Shown here: piece after piece, positions 29,463 to 39,258 of the stretch | How the letters are laid out: each line of letters opens with the position of its first letter | How positions within the stretch are numbered: the stretch's first letter is position 1 | DNA from: Bacteroidales bacterium | GTDB taxonomy: Bacteria > Bacteroidota > Bacteroidia > Bacteroidales > UBA1715 | Length of the DNA: 57,390 nucleotides | Assembly: GCA_012519815.1 (NCBI GenBank) | Contig: JAAYPM010000142.1 | Span: forward strand, 1 to 57,390 | Direction of reading: 5' to 3' | The notes under the pieces: generated by a model | The model's database searches: none | What the model was told of the DNA's origin: nothing | What the model saw: the letters and a program-made list of their open reading frames with translations, nothing else | Program-made: the position numbers and the translations under genes

Positions 29463-30493
29463 GAATAGTGTAATCGAGATTTGCGTCCTTTTAAAATAAC
29501 AAAAATAACAATAGGAGCTCCAAACATAGCAGTAACTGTATTAATAGGAAGCGACGATTGGAAACCTGGTAATTGCGAAATCATATCGCACAATAACAAC
29601 AAGTTACACCCAATAAGTATAGATGCAGCAATAAGCGTTTTATGATTTGTAGTTTTAAATACCATGCGTGCAATATGGGGGACAGCAATGCCTATAAATC
29701 CAATAGGACCAGTAAATGCAGTAACCACACCAGCAAGAAGAGAAGCTACAATAATAATTTGAAAACGTAACAGAGAAATACGAACTCCCAGTCCTTGTGC
29801 ATAATTTTCGCCAAGTAACAAGGCGTTTAAAGGTTTTTGCATTGTGAAACTTATGATAAGTAACGGCACAATAAAACATGCCATAATTATAATTTCTGTC
29901 CATCCTAAACCAGAAAAACTCCCGAAAGTCCACATTAAAAATGCATGTAATTCATTTGGATTTGAAAAAAACTGCAACACACTTACTACCGCAGAAGTAA
30001 CGCTTCCGAGCATAATACCAATTATAAGTAATGATGTGGTGTCATATACTTTTGGTGCAATAGTTACAACTAACAGCATCACCATAAGAGCGCCTAAACA
30101 AGCAGCAATAATTAATCCCCAACTCGAAGCAAATCCAAAATTACTTATTATTGCAACCATTCCTAATCCGCCACCCAACGAAAATAAAGCAACCCCTAAA
30201 CTTGCACCTGTACTAATGCCCAACACATACGGGTCGGCTAATGGGTTTCTAAAAAATGTTTGCATTAACAAGCCCGAAATGGGCAATGCTATACCAACAA
30301 AAACTGCCACAATTGCCCGCGGTAATCGTAGTTCGGTAATAATAATTCGCCATGTTTCATCAATTTCAATACCCCGAAGCATATCTACAAATATTGAAAA
30401 AGGAATGTGCGTGCTGCCTAAGAGTATATCAGCAGAAAAGCATACAGGCACAAGTATGAGTAGTATAATAAAATATCGTGTTTTATTTTGCAT
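29459..30493 (-). CDS. FecCD/BtuC-family ABC permease
   Basis: LRLPRA, FRNPLADPYVLG, GPIGFIGIAVPH. Confidence 0.93.
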   Translation of the reverse strand: MQNKTRYFIILLILVPVCFSADILLGSTHIPFSIFVDMLRGIEIDETWRIIITELRLPRAIVAVFVGIALPISGLLMQTFFRNPLADPYVLGISTGASLGVALFSLGGGLGMVAIISNFGFASSWGLIIAACLGALMVMLLVVTIAPKVYDTTSLLIIGIMLGSVTSAVVSVLQFFSNPNELHAFLMWTFGSFSGLGWTEIIIMACFIVPLLIISFTMQKPLNALLLGENYAQGLGVRISLLRFQIIIVASLLAGVVTAFTGPIGFIGIAVPHIARMVFKTTNHKTLIAASILIGCNLLLLCDMISQLPGFQSSLPINTVTAMFGAPIVIFVILKGRKSRLHYS

Positions 30494-30506
30494 ATCAATA
30501 GCAAAA

Positions 30507-31655
30507 CTATTCTAAATTTTTATAAAAAACCAATGAATGCTGCGGGAGTATTTCAGGATGCAAAATTCGCACAATATCTGCCAGCACAATATCTGGTCGC
30601 ACGTAGCCTTGTTCCCAATAATTATTGCCCCCATGTTCATTTGTTTGTGCATAGTAACTGTAACAGTTGCCACTCGAAAATACGGGCAATGTAGCATATA
30701 AGGGATTTTTTTCTTGTAATTCTTTTATGCTTTCTGCCTGTGCACCAATCCAATAGGTGGCATTGCGAGAATTTTGTAACACATATTCAAAATTAAGAGG
30801 AACGCTCCCTGTTTCTGTGTTTTCTGAAAATACATAATTTCCTCCCGCATCTTCAATAAACGATGCCATATAACTTTTTCCACCAGGCATATACCATACA
30901 TCTTGTACCATATCGCCAGAAAGTACAAGAGGTTTTGTGTGTTGTGCACAAACACGTTCTTGAATGCGTGTATATTCCAATTCAATAGCAGAAAATATAC
31001 TATCGGCAAGCTCAAATTTATTGTAAAGCATACCAAAAAATAAAATCCATTCGGCACGTGCCAAAGGTGTTTGTTCGTGCCAACTATAGGTGTAAATGAG
31101 AGGTATGTTTAATGTGTGTAATACCTTGTCGTTTTTAAAATCGTGTGCACTAAACGCACTTTTAAAAATTGCATCTGCCTGTGTTTGTATAAGTGCTTCA
31201 TGATTTACATGCATACTTATTCCTAAATCGGCAAGAGAATCGGCACGATGTTTTTGCCATATGCGCTTGTTTGATATGCGATAATAATCGCACACCCCAA
31301 CAACAGATTCTATTTCGTTAATTTCTTGTAACATAGCAATATGTGTGGTTGAAAGAGCCACAACACGAGAAAGAGGTATGGGAATATAGCGTTCATCTGC
31401 CTGTAAATGAGACACAACTGTGTCTGATAATATATATGTTATGCTATCACTTTGTGTGCCCCAATTAAAATACACAGTAACTCTGTTGCTTCCGGGTGCA
31501 GAATAAATGTTTTGAGCATGTCGAAATATATTGTTTGTTGCCTTATTTTGAGGAGAAGAAGTAGGCGAACAGGCACATAAAAAAAGGAGTGGTATCATTA
31601 TTATAGACAATGCTATGTGGCTAATTATAGAGTGTTTGAAAGCAGAAAATGTCAT
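30507..31655 (-). CDS. BtuF/Fe-siderophore-type substrate-binding lipoprotein
   Basis: Lipobox-like LCAC, RVVALSTTH, PLARAEW, RPDIVLAD...HPE. Confidence 0.88.
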   Translation of the reverse strand: MTFSAFKHSIISHIALSIIMIPLLFLCACSPTSSPQNKATNNIFRHAQNIYSAPGSNRVTVYFNWGTQSDSITYILSDTVVSHLQADERYIPIPLSRVVALSTTHIAMLQEINEIESVVGVCDYYRISNKRIWQKHRADSLADLGISMHVNHEALIQTQADAIFKSAFSAHDFKNDKVLHTLNIPLIYTYSWHEQTPLARAEWILFFGMLYNKFELADSIFSAIELEYTRIQERVCAQHTKPLVLSGDMVQDVWYMPGGKSYMASFIEDAGGNYVFSENTETGSVPLNFEYVLQNSRNATYWIGAQAESIKELQEKNPLYATLPVFSSGNCYSYYAQTNEHGGNNYWEQGYVRPDIVLADIVRILHPEILPQHSLVFYKNLE

Positions 31656-31726
31656 AAATTGCTATAATAAATGTGTAACAATTGTGTGTTGTTTTTTTAG
31701 AATGTTATAACATAAAATTTCTTGTT

Positions 31727-32401
31727 TTACTCTTTGAAAACACCAGCATGTTCAGGAAATTTTGATGGATACTTTGATTTTATTTTATCATTTTTAGGAA
31801 ACGGCATTGTGTCAAATAAATAAAATAAATCCTCTTTTGTAGCAATAGGATAATACACAGAATTGCCTTTACATAAAACTTTAAACGACACATCTTTTTC
31901 AATAATAACTAAAGCGTCAGCATTTATAATATCAGACACTGTTTGTGTAAGTATGTAGTTGTTTTCTTCAACAATATCTTCGGTGCTAATAGTGTCGTTT
32001 TCATTAATAATAGGAATAATACCAAGCGATAATAATTTTTTAAACGTATTTGTAGCATTATATCGCTGTTTTTTTTCGGTAACCATATTTCGAGCAAGTA
32101 AAACCTGCGCAACCATTTGCGTATATTCATCAAAAATATTTTGATATCGTTTAATCAGCTCAACTTGTCCAATTGCTGCAATTGCTTGTTTTTCGGCAAG
32201 TGTTTGCGGATATTGATGCAATTGCAACTTTTCTATTCCCGAAGCTATTGCACCTGCGGTAACAAGTATAACATGTTTATCGCTATTTCTAAGATTTGAA
32301 AGAATCATAGCTATTGAATTCAACATTTCTTTTTTAATATGAAACGATGAATCAACTAAAATTTCTTCTTCAACATTAAATACAATTCGTAAATTTCTCA
32401 T
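31727..32401 (-). CDS. Truncated, degenerate glutamate 5-kinase (ProB)-like protein
   Basis: VILVTAGAIASG, KQAIAAIGQ, IPIINENDT retained; KxGS(S) motif absent; 224 aa. Confidence 0.8.
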   Translation of the reverse strand: MRNLRIVFNVEEEILVDSSFHIKKEMLNSIAMILSNLRNSDKHVILVTAGAIASGIEKLQLHQYPQTLAEKQAIAAIGQVELIKRYQNIFDEYTQMVAQVLLARNMVTEKKQRYNATNTFKKLLSLGIIPIINENDTISTEDIVEENNYILTQTVSDIINADALVIIEKDVSFKVLCKGNSVYYPIATKEDLFYLFDTMPFPKNDKIKSKYPSKFPEHAGVFKE

Positions 32402-32571
32402 AGTTGTATGGTATAATCTTTACCTGTTATGATATTTTGCATCAAATTTTTTGTAAAAATAGATATAAATCTATTGTTGTTCGAAAAAATAAAAAATATT
32501 ATTCTTTTTTGCTATGGAAAAGTAATATAAATCTTTTTTCATTGTATATTTTTACCAGAGAAACAGTTTTT

Positions 32572-33354
32572 ATGGAAAATGATGTATTGCATATTACCTT
32601 TTTAGGAACAGGAACCTCGCAAGGTGTTCCTGTTATTGGTTGTTCCTGTGCTATTTGCACCTCGAAAAATTCTAAAAACACTCGTTTGCGAACCTCACTA
32701 TTACTTTCGTATAATAAAAAAAACATTGTGATAGATGCTGGACCCGATTTTAGACAACACATGCTTACACATGCTGTTACGCATCTTGATGCAATATTAC
32801 TTACCCATGAACATAAAGATCATGTTGCGGGGCTTGATGATATTCGTCCGTTTAATTTTATGCGACAAAAAGCTATGGATATTTTTGCCGAACGTCGTGT
32901 AATACAAGCGTTACATCAGGAGTTTTCGTATGTGTTTAAAGATGACCCATATCCGGGAGTGCCGCTTATGAATTTACACGAAATTTCTGAATCTCCTTTT
33001 TATTTTGAATCTATTCGCATTGAACCTATACGTGTATATCATTGGAAATTACCAATAATAGGATTTCGTATATATTCTTGTGCATATATAACCGATGCTT
33101 CAGAAATTCCTGAACAGAGTTTGGCAAAACTTGCAAATCTTGAAGTGCTTATAATTAATGCATTACGAATAAAACCGCATTATTCGCATTTTAATTTAGA
33201 GCAAGCATTACACATTATTGCAGAGGTAAAACCAAAGCGAGCGTATCTTACTCATATTAGACATTTATTAGGTGATTTTGATGAAATTCAAAAAACATTG
33301 CCTAAAAATACATACCTTGCGTATGACGGACTTACAATTGAAATTCCAAAATAA
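32572..33354 (+). CDS. MBL-fold metallo-hydrolase (PhnP-like)
   Basis: FLGTGTSQGVP..GC.C..C, THEHKDHVAGLDD, AYDG; ATG at 32572. Confidence 0.92.
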   Translation: MENDVLHITFLGTGTSQGVPVIGCSCAICTSKNSKNTRLRTSLLLSYNKKNIVIDAGPDFRQHMLTHAVTHLDAILLTHEHKDHVAGLDDIRPFNFMRQKAMDIFAERRVIQALHQEFSYVFKDDPYPGVPLMNLHEISESPFYFESIRIEPIRVYHWKLPIIGFRIYSCAYITDASEIPEQSLAKLANLEVLIINALRIKPHYSHFNLEQALHIIAEVKPKRAYLTHIRHLLGDFDEIQKTLPKNTYLAYDGLTIEIPK

Positions 33355-33368
33355 ATATACGTTTTTAT

Positions 33369-33875
33369 ATGATTATGAAAGGTGCAAAAAAAATACTTTT
33401 TTTAGATAGAGATGGTGTAATAAACAATGGAAATGCGTATTATACCTATACTATTGCAGATTTTCATATTAATAAAGATGTGATAGAAGGTTTGCAATTG
33501 GTGCAGCAGCATGGATTTGAATGTATTGTAATTACAAATCAAAGTGGGGTTGCAAAAGGTGTATATACCTTGCATGATGTTGAACGCGTACATCAACATA
33601 TGATTTCACTATTTGCACAACATGGAATTACAATTCTTGCAATATATGTGTGCCCACATCATCCTGATATTGAGGATTGTGAATGTAGAAAGCCTAAGTC
33701 GGGATTATTTAAACAGGCATTGGCAGAATATGACATTGATATATCAAAATCGTATATGATAGGTGATAGTGAACGAGATATTATAGCTGCGAAACGGGTT
33801 GGAATACAGGGAATTAAAATTAATAAAAACGAATCTATTTTACCATATTGTAAGCATATAATTATACATGAGTAA
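33369..33875 (+). CDS. gmhB: HAD-IIIA phosphatase (heptose bisphosphate phosphatase / HisB-N family)
   Basis: FLDRDGVIN, ITNQSG, CPHHP, CECRKP, MIGD. Confidence 0.8.
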   Translation: MIMKGAKKILFLDRDGVINNGNAYYTYTIADFHINKDVIEGLQLVQQHGFECIVITNQSGVAKGVYTLHDVERVHQHMISLFAQHGITILAIYVCPHHPDIEDCECRKPKSGLFKQALAEYDIDISKSYMIGDSERDIIAAKRVGIQGIKINKNESILPYCKHIIIHE

Positions 33876-34710
33876 GTTTTATATTGATTCTGGAAAAATA
33901 AAAAAAATACAAGAATGCTCTATTTCTGCGGACTATGTGTTTGGTATAAATGAAATGATATACGAAACAGTGCGACTTGTAGATACGCAACCGCTATTTT
34001 TAAAGCAACATTTACAAAATATGCGTGATACGATAGATGTATTATTGATGTCGTGTCCATCTAATTTTACTTATGCAGAAATATCGAAACAAATTTCCCG
34101 ACTTTTAAATGTAAATAAAGTGTATAAAGGCGGGGTATGTAAAATTATACTTTATCGTAAATCTTCGGTTTTTGAAACATATACTTCTACCGAGTTATCA
34201 TACGCTCTTTTTATTCAAGCGCTTGAACATGCTACTTTTTCTTTTAATACAAAAGGTATTCGTCTTGCCTTGCATCCATCGGTACTGCTGCAAAAACCTT
34301 TGTTGTATAGCATGTATTCGGCACATATGGTAGTTCAACACAAAAGTAAACAGTTATTACAAACAATGGGTGCTGATGCAATTGCGTATTTTAATGAATC
34401 AGCAGATGTTTTTCATTCTTCGCATGGTGATGTGTTCTATATAAAAAATAAGGTAGTGTATTGTCCCTCGCCAGAAATAAACACTTTTCGTTTTCCGTTG
34501 AGCGATTTTTTATTGCAAAATCTTTCAAAAATTGACATGAAGTATGTTTAACAAACAGCATGTACTATTGATTCGTTTTTACAAGCCGATGAGGTTTTTA
34601 TAGTCAATCCACTATATGGAGTACAGTGGGTAGTTTCGTGCAATGAAACAACATATATGTGTAAATTTTCTCGACAGATATTTACCTTATTGGCTACTGT
34701 TTCTGAATAA
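33868..34710 (+). pseudogene. Aminotransferase class IV (PabC-like) homolog with in-frame TAA at 34549-34551
   Basis: YETVR, FLKQHLQ; the same frame continues past the stop as QTACTIDSFLQADEVFIVNPLYGVQWV... to TAA at 34708-34710. Confidence 0.75.
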
Positions 34711-34721
34711 AATGATACGAA

Positions 34722-36689
34722 TTATTTTGGTTCTGTTGAAATAAAACGTGCAATATTTCGCGACATTTCAATACGTGTTTGTATAGAAGAAATAATACGA
34801 ACATATAGTTCATTTTTTAAAACAGTATCTTCTATACCTTTATCAATATTTGGATTGTCGTTAACCTCAATAACATATACTTTTGAGCCAATTTTTTTTA
34901 AATCCACACCATACAGTCCATCACCCATAAGCGAAGCAGCTTTTGTTGCAGTGTCAAGAATATCTTCAGGCACATCTTCTATAGGAATAGTTTGTGAATC
35001 GCCTGTAATTTCATCTTGTTTTCCCTCCCAATTGTAAATTTGCCAATGTCCTTTTGCCATATAATATTTGCAGGCAAATAACGGACGTTGGTCTAAAACG
35101 CCAATACGCCAATCGTAATCAGAAGGCAAAAATTCTTGAGCAATAATTAAATCCGAAATTTTAAAAAAAGTATGCAATGCAGTCTCATATTCTTGTGCAT
35201 TATTTACCTTTACAACTCCTATAGAAAAAGCACTGTCGGGTTGTTTTAAAACAATTGGAAAACTAAAAAAATCTAAATATTTATTTCGAGGTTCATGTTT
35301 ATATATAATAACACTTTTAGGAGTATGAATTTTATTTAGTGTTAAGCGTTCTTCAAGATAAATTTTATTTGAGCATCGTAAAATTGACCATGGATCATCA
35401 ATAACTACAAGTCCTTCGGCATAGGCTTTTCGCGAAAACTGATAGGTGTGATTGTTCACATTTGTTGTTTCGCGAATAAATAATGCGTCAAATTCACTAA
35501 TTCTATTGTAATCTTGTTTGGTAATAAATTCGGTGTAAAACCCCATGTTTTCCGCAGTTTTTTTAAACAATTGCAATGATTTTTTACATGAGGGCGGATT
35601 TTTTTCATCAGGATTAATTAAAATAGCTAAGTCGTAGGTATAATTTTTTAACCGTTGTTTTACAAACCGTTTTGAGCTGAAATATGTTTGTGCAAATTTT
35701 TGTACAATCACAAAATCTTCTTCTTGAATTTTATGAAGGCTTAACGGGTGGATTTTTTTGATGCTCCATTTATCTGTACGAACAAATGAAACTTGAAACA
35801 AAGGTGCTTCAAACATTTGATACAGTTTGTTTCCCAACATTTGATATTGTGCATCAACAGTGTTGCCAAAATATACATTAAAACTAATTTGTTTAAATGA
35901 TAATTTTTCTAAACAGCTTTGAATTAATTTTTCTATATCGTGGGTAATTGAACGAATAATTTTAACATCTTGAAAATCACGAATAGTGGTTACATTAGGA
36001 ATAACTCTTTGGTCGCGTGCCGATGCCAATAACGATACATAATAGCCAAGACTTTGGTATCTATATGAATTACATAAATTAAAAACTCTAATTTTTTTAG
36101 AATTTGAAGAATAATATTTGTTTGAAGTGTACTCATGAGCCGAAATAAGTTGCACATTTTCGATGCTGAGAGTCCATTTTTTAGGATTATCAACAACAAT
36201 AACATTAATTGTTCTATTTGTTTCTTGAGTTTCAAGTATTTGCAGCGAAAATTTATATGCATGTTGATTTGGTGCATAATAATGTTCTAAAAATTTTATT
36301 TTTTTAAATCCATTTTTTTGATACCATTTCATTAACGCTTCGTTAGTTGCGTCAGCTTCGAGAGTTATTTTTTCTTGATTATTTGCAAGTGCACAATTAA
36401 CAGCATGTTTGAGTAATTTTTTACCATATCCTATTTTTTGATATTCGGGTAAAATAGCAATAGAAAACACACGTAATGTTCGTGCATATACATGAAAACT
36501 TATGTAACCAAGAGGAGTTGCAAGAGAATCTTTTGTTTTTTCGAGAATCCACATCTCTTGAAATGGACTGGTAATACTTAATAAAAGACTACGCTTTGAA
36601 CTTTTTTGATATGAGGGAAACGCTTTGTTTTCTATTAAGAAAATCTGCTGTATGTCGTTACGCACTGCACGACGAATATCAATACTCAT
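34722..36689 (-). CDS. GNAT acetyltransferase fused to RLAN domain and RimK-family ATP-grasp ligase
   Basis: RimI-like GNAT (YQKIGYGKKL); VFNLCNSYRYQSLGYYVSLLASAR; FIRETT, GVDLK, IEVNDNPN. Confidence 0.88.
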   Translation of the reverse strand: MSIDIRRAVRNDIQQIFLIENKAFPSYQKSSKRSLLLSITSPFQEMWILEKTKDSLATPLGYISFHVYARTLRVFSIAILPEYQKIGYGKKLLKHAVNCALANNQEKITLEADATNEALMKWYQKNGFKKIKFLEHYYAPNQHAYKFSLQILETQETNRTINVIVVDNPKKWTLSIENVQLISAHEYTSNKYYSSNSKKIRVFNLCNSYRYQSLGYYVSLLASARDQRVIPNVTTIRDFQDVKIIRSITHDIEKLIQSCLEKLSFKQISFNVYFGNTVDAQYQMLGNKLYQMFEAPLFQVSFVRTDKWSIKKIHPLSLHKIQEEDFVIVQKFAQTYFSSKRFVKQRLKNYTYDLAILINPDEKNPPSCKKSLQLFKKTAENMGFYTEFITKQDYNRISEFDALFIRETTNVNNHTYQFSRKAYAEGLVVIDDPWSILRCSNKIYLEERLTLNKIHTPKSVIIYKHEPRNKYLDFFSFPIVLKQPDSAFSIGVVKVNNAQEYETALHTFFKISDLIIAQEFLPSDYDWRIGVLDQRPLFACKYYMAKGHWQIYNWEGKQDEITGDSQTIPIEDVPEDILDTATKAASLMGDGLYGVDLKKIGSKVYVIEVNDNPNIDKGIEDTVLKNELYVRIISSIQTRIEMSRNIARFISTEPK

Positions 36690-36710
36690 ATTGTTTTAAT
36701 GCACAATCAA

Positions 36711-39161
36711 TTAAAAATTAGCAATGCGAATTATGTCGGCAAAAACCCCAGCAGCAGTTACAGCGGCACCAGCACCTGGTCCAATTACTATAAGAGGTTG
36801 TGTTCTATATCGAGCTGTAGTAAATGAAATAATATTATCGCTTCCAGAAATAGCATAAAAAGGGTGATTTGCATCAATTGCACGAATTTCTGTTTTTGCT
36901 TTTCCGTTTTCATATGTTGCAATATATTTCAAGCGTTTTCCTTCGGAATGAGCTTTTTGTATGCGTTCCTTATAAATAGGATTATCATATGTTTCTAAGG
37001 TCTGCCATAATTCCTCAATTGATTGAGTTTTTTGACTTTGTGGACTTAAACAGTTTTCGATAGCAACATCAGACAAATTAAATGTGCATCCAATTTCACG
37101 AGAAAGTATTAAAATTTTACGAGCAACATCTTGTCCCGCCAAATCAAGTTTTGGATCGGGTTCGGTGTATCCTTTTTCACGTGCTTCTTTCACCGTTGAA
37201 GCAAAATCTTTTTGTTCCGAACAATTTGAAAAAATATAATTTAAAGAGCCCGAAACAATTGCTTCGATTTTTAAAATTTCATCTCCACTTTTAATTAAAT
37301 CTTTTAATGTACTAATAACAGGTAAACCCGCTCCAACATTTGTTTCATATAAAAAACGAGCTCCTGTATTTGCTGCAATTGCATGAATTTTTTTATAGCG
37401 TTCGTAATCGCTTGCATTTGCAATTTTATTAGGAGTAACCACCGAAACACTTTTTTCGAGAAGTTCTTCGTATTTAGATGCAACATCGTAACTTCCTGTG
37501 TTGTCAACAAATACACTGTTTCTTAAATTCAATGCTTTAATTGTTTCAACAAAATCGTTTAAATCGGGTTTTTTGCCATATTTTTTTACTGTTGCTTCCC
37601 AATTTGAAAGCTCAATGCCATCTTCTTGAATAAGATATCCGTCAATATTTGAAATCCCAACTACTTTAACATCAATGTTATTTTGTTCTATAAGCGTTTG
37701 ATGTTGTGCCGCTATTTGTTGTATTAATTCACCACCAATTACTCCTGTTCCAACAATAAATACATTAAGTGTTTGTGTATTTGAAAGAAAAAACGCTTCG
37801 TGCAGGGCATTAAGTGCTTTGTTTTTATTTGTAGTGCTTACCACAACGGAAATATTAAGTTCGCTTGCACCTTGAGCAATAGCATGAATATTTATACCAT
37901 TAATTCCAAGTGCATTAAAAAATCGTCCCGAAACGCCTGGAATATTCTTCATATTTTCACCAACAGCAGCAATAACAGACATGTTGTGTTGAACTCGCAC
38001 CGCTTCAATAAGTCCCGTTTTTATTTCTGTTTCAAATTCTTCTTGTAATAATGATTCAGCTTTTTGAGCATCTTGCGGTAATATTGCAAATGTAATAGAA
38101 TGTTCTGAAGAACCTTGTGTAATAAGTATTACATTGATTTGTTCTTTTGCAATAGCTTTAAATAATCGCATTGAAATCCCCGCTTCTCCAATCATTCCGC
38201 TTCCTTGTACAGTAACTAAGCTAATTTCATCTATTGATGAAATGCCTTGCACTCTATGTTCGGGATTTTGATTTTTTTGTGATATATATGTTCCTGGAGC
38301 TACTGGATTAAATGTGTTTTTGATAATAACTGGAATACCTTTTGCCATAGCAGGAATAACAGTTCGAGGTTCCAATACTTTTGCTCCAAAATGAGATAAT
38401 TCCATAGCTTCTGCATACGAAACATGCGTAATAGGAAATGCTTTTTTTACTTTTCTTGGATCGGCAGTCATCATACCGTCCACATCTGTCCATATTTCTA
38501 TAATTTCAGCATCAAGAGCATGGGCAAAAATTGCGGCAGAATAATCAGAACCACCTCTTCCGAGTGTAATTGTTTCATCATCGTCTGTGCTTGCTATAAA
38601 CCCTGTTGCTATAAACGTTGAAGATGCGTTTTTATAACATGCACGAATGTTTGCATCAGTTTTTTCAAAATTAACTTTTGCCGAACCAAATGTTTTATCT
38701 GTTTTTATAACAGTGCGTGCATCAAGATACGAAGCCGAAATGCCTTGTTCACACATTGCGTCAGCAATAATATGTGCAGATAAACGCTCACCATAACTCG
38801 AAATGATGTCAAGTGAACGCGCTGAAAGTTCTTTTATAAGAGAAATACCATGTAAAAGATTAGACAGATTTTGCAAAAGATTTTCAACATATAGTTTGTT
38901 TTTTTCTTTTCTTTCTCCTTGCAAAAGAATATCAATAGTATTGTTGTGTGTGGTAGTAATTTCTTTTATTATTTCAGCATATACAGTATTGCCTGCTTTT
39001 GCTTGATTTGCTGCTTCAACTAATTTATTCGTAATTCCCTCAAATGCAGAAACGACTACAACTACTTGAGTTTTTTCAAGACTTTTACGAACAATTTGTA
39101 TGGTTTTTAAAATGTTTTCAGCATTTTTTACCGAGGCTCCGCCGAATTTTAAAACTTTCAT
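36711..39161 (-). CDS. thrA: Bifunctional aspartate kinase / homoserine dehydrogenase I
   Basis: VLKFGG, LGRGGSDYSA, two ACT domains, ETNVGAGLP, GAGAAVTAAGVFAD. Confidence 0.97.
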   Translation of the reverse strand: MKVLKFGGASVKNAENILKTIQIVRKSLEKTQVVVVVSAFEGITNKLVEAANQAKAGNTVYAEIIKEITTTHNNTIDILLQGERKEKNKLYVENLLQNLSNLLHGISLIKELSARSLDIISSYGERLSAHIIADAMCEQGISASYLDARTVIKTDKTFGSAKVNFEKTDANIRACYKNASSTFIATGFIASTDDDETITLGRGGSDYSAAIFAHALDAEIIEIWTDVDGMMTADPRKVKKAFPITHVSYAEAMELSHFGAKVLEPRTVIPAMAKGIPVIIKNTFNPVAPGTYISQKNQNPEHRVQGISSIDEISLVTVQGSGMIGEAGISMRLFKAIAKEQINVILITQGSSEHSITFAILPQDAQKAESLLQEEFETEIKTGLIEAVRVQHNMSVIAAVGENMKNIPGVSGRFFNALGINGINIHAIAQGASELNISVVVSTTNKNKALNALHEAFFLSNTQTLNVFIVGTGVIGGELIQQIAAQHQTLIEQNNIDVKVVGISNIDGYLIQEDGIELSNWEATVKKYGKKPDLNDFVETIKALNLRNSVFVDNTGSYDVASKYEELLEKSVSVVTPNKIANASDYERYKKIHAIAANTGARFLYETNVGAGLPVISTLKDLIKSGDEILKIEAIVSGSLNYIFSNCSEQKDFASTVKEAREKGYTEPDPKLDLAGQDVARKILILSREIGCTFNLSDVAIENCLSPQSQKTQSIEELWQTLETYDNPIYKERIQKAHSEGKRLKYIATYENGKAKTEIRAIDANHPFYAISGSDNIISFTTARYRTQPLIVIGPGAGAAVTAAGVFADIIRIANF

Positions 39162-39258
39162 AGAGAAATATTTGTTATCATAATTTATTCACGAGCGGTA
39201 AAAATAATACAACACCCGCTTATATCAAAATAAAACACATTAGAAAACCCTATAAGAA

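Noticed and set aside
29844-30515. 223-aa plus-strand ORF and other short overlapping ORFs in the track
   Set aside because: Antisense or off-frame shadows of well-supported genes with no recognisable motifs
31656-32571. Cobalamin riboswitch upstream of the Btu-like ABC operon
   Set aside because: The intergenic gaps are short and very AT-rich, with no B12-box or GGGAA core seen; the transporter substrate is left unassigned
32404-32571. 56-aa N-terminal extension of the MBL hydrolase
   Set aside because: AT-rich divergent promoter region; family similarity begins at the ATG at 32572
34549-34551. Alternative genetic code or programmed readthrough at the in-frame stop
   Set aside because: TAA ends most genes in the window normally; a single case is better explained by mutation or sequencing error
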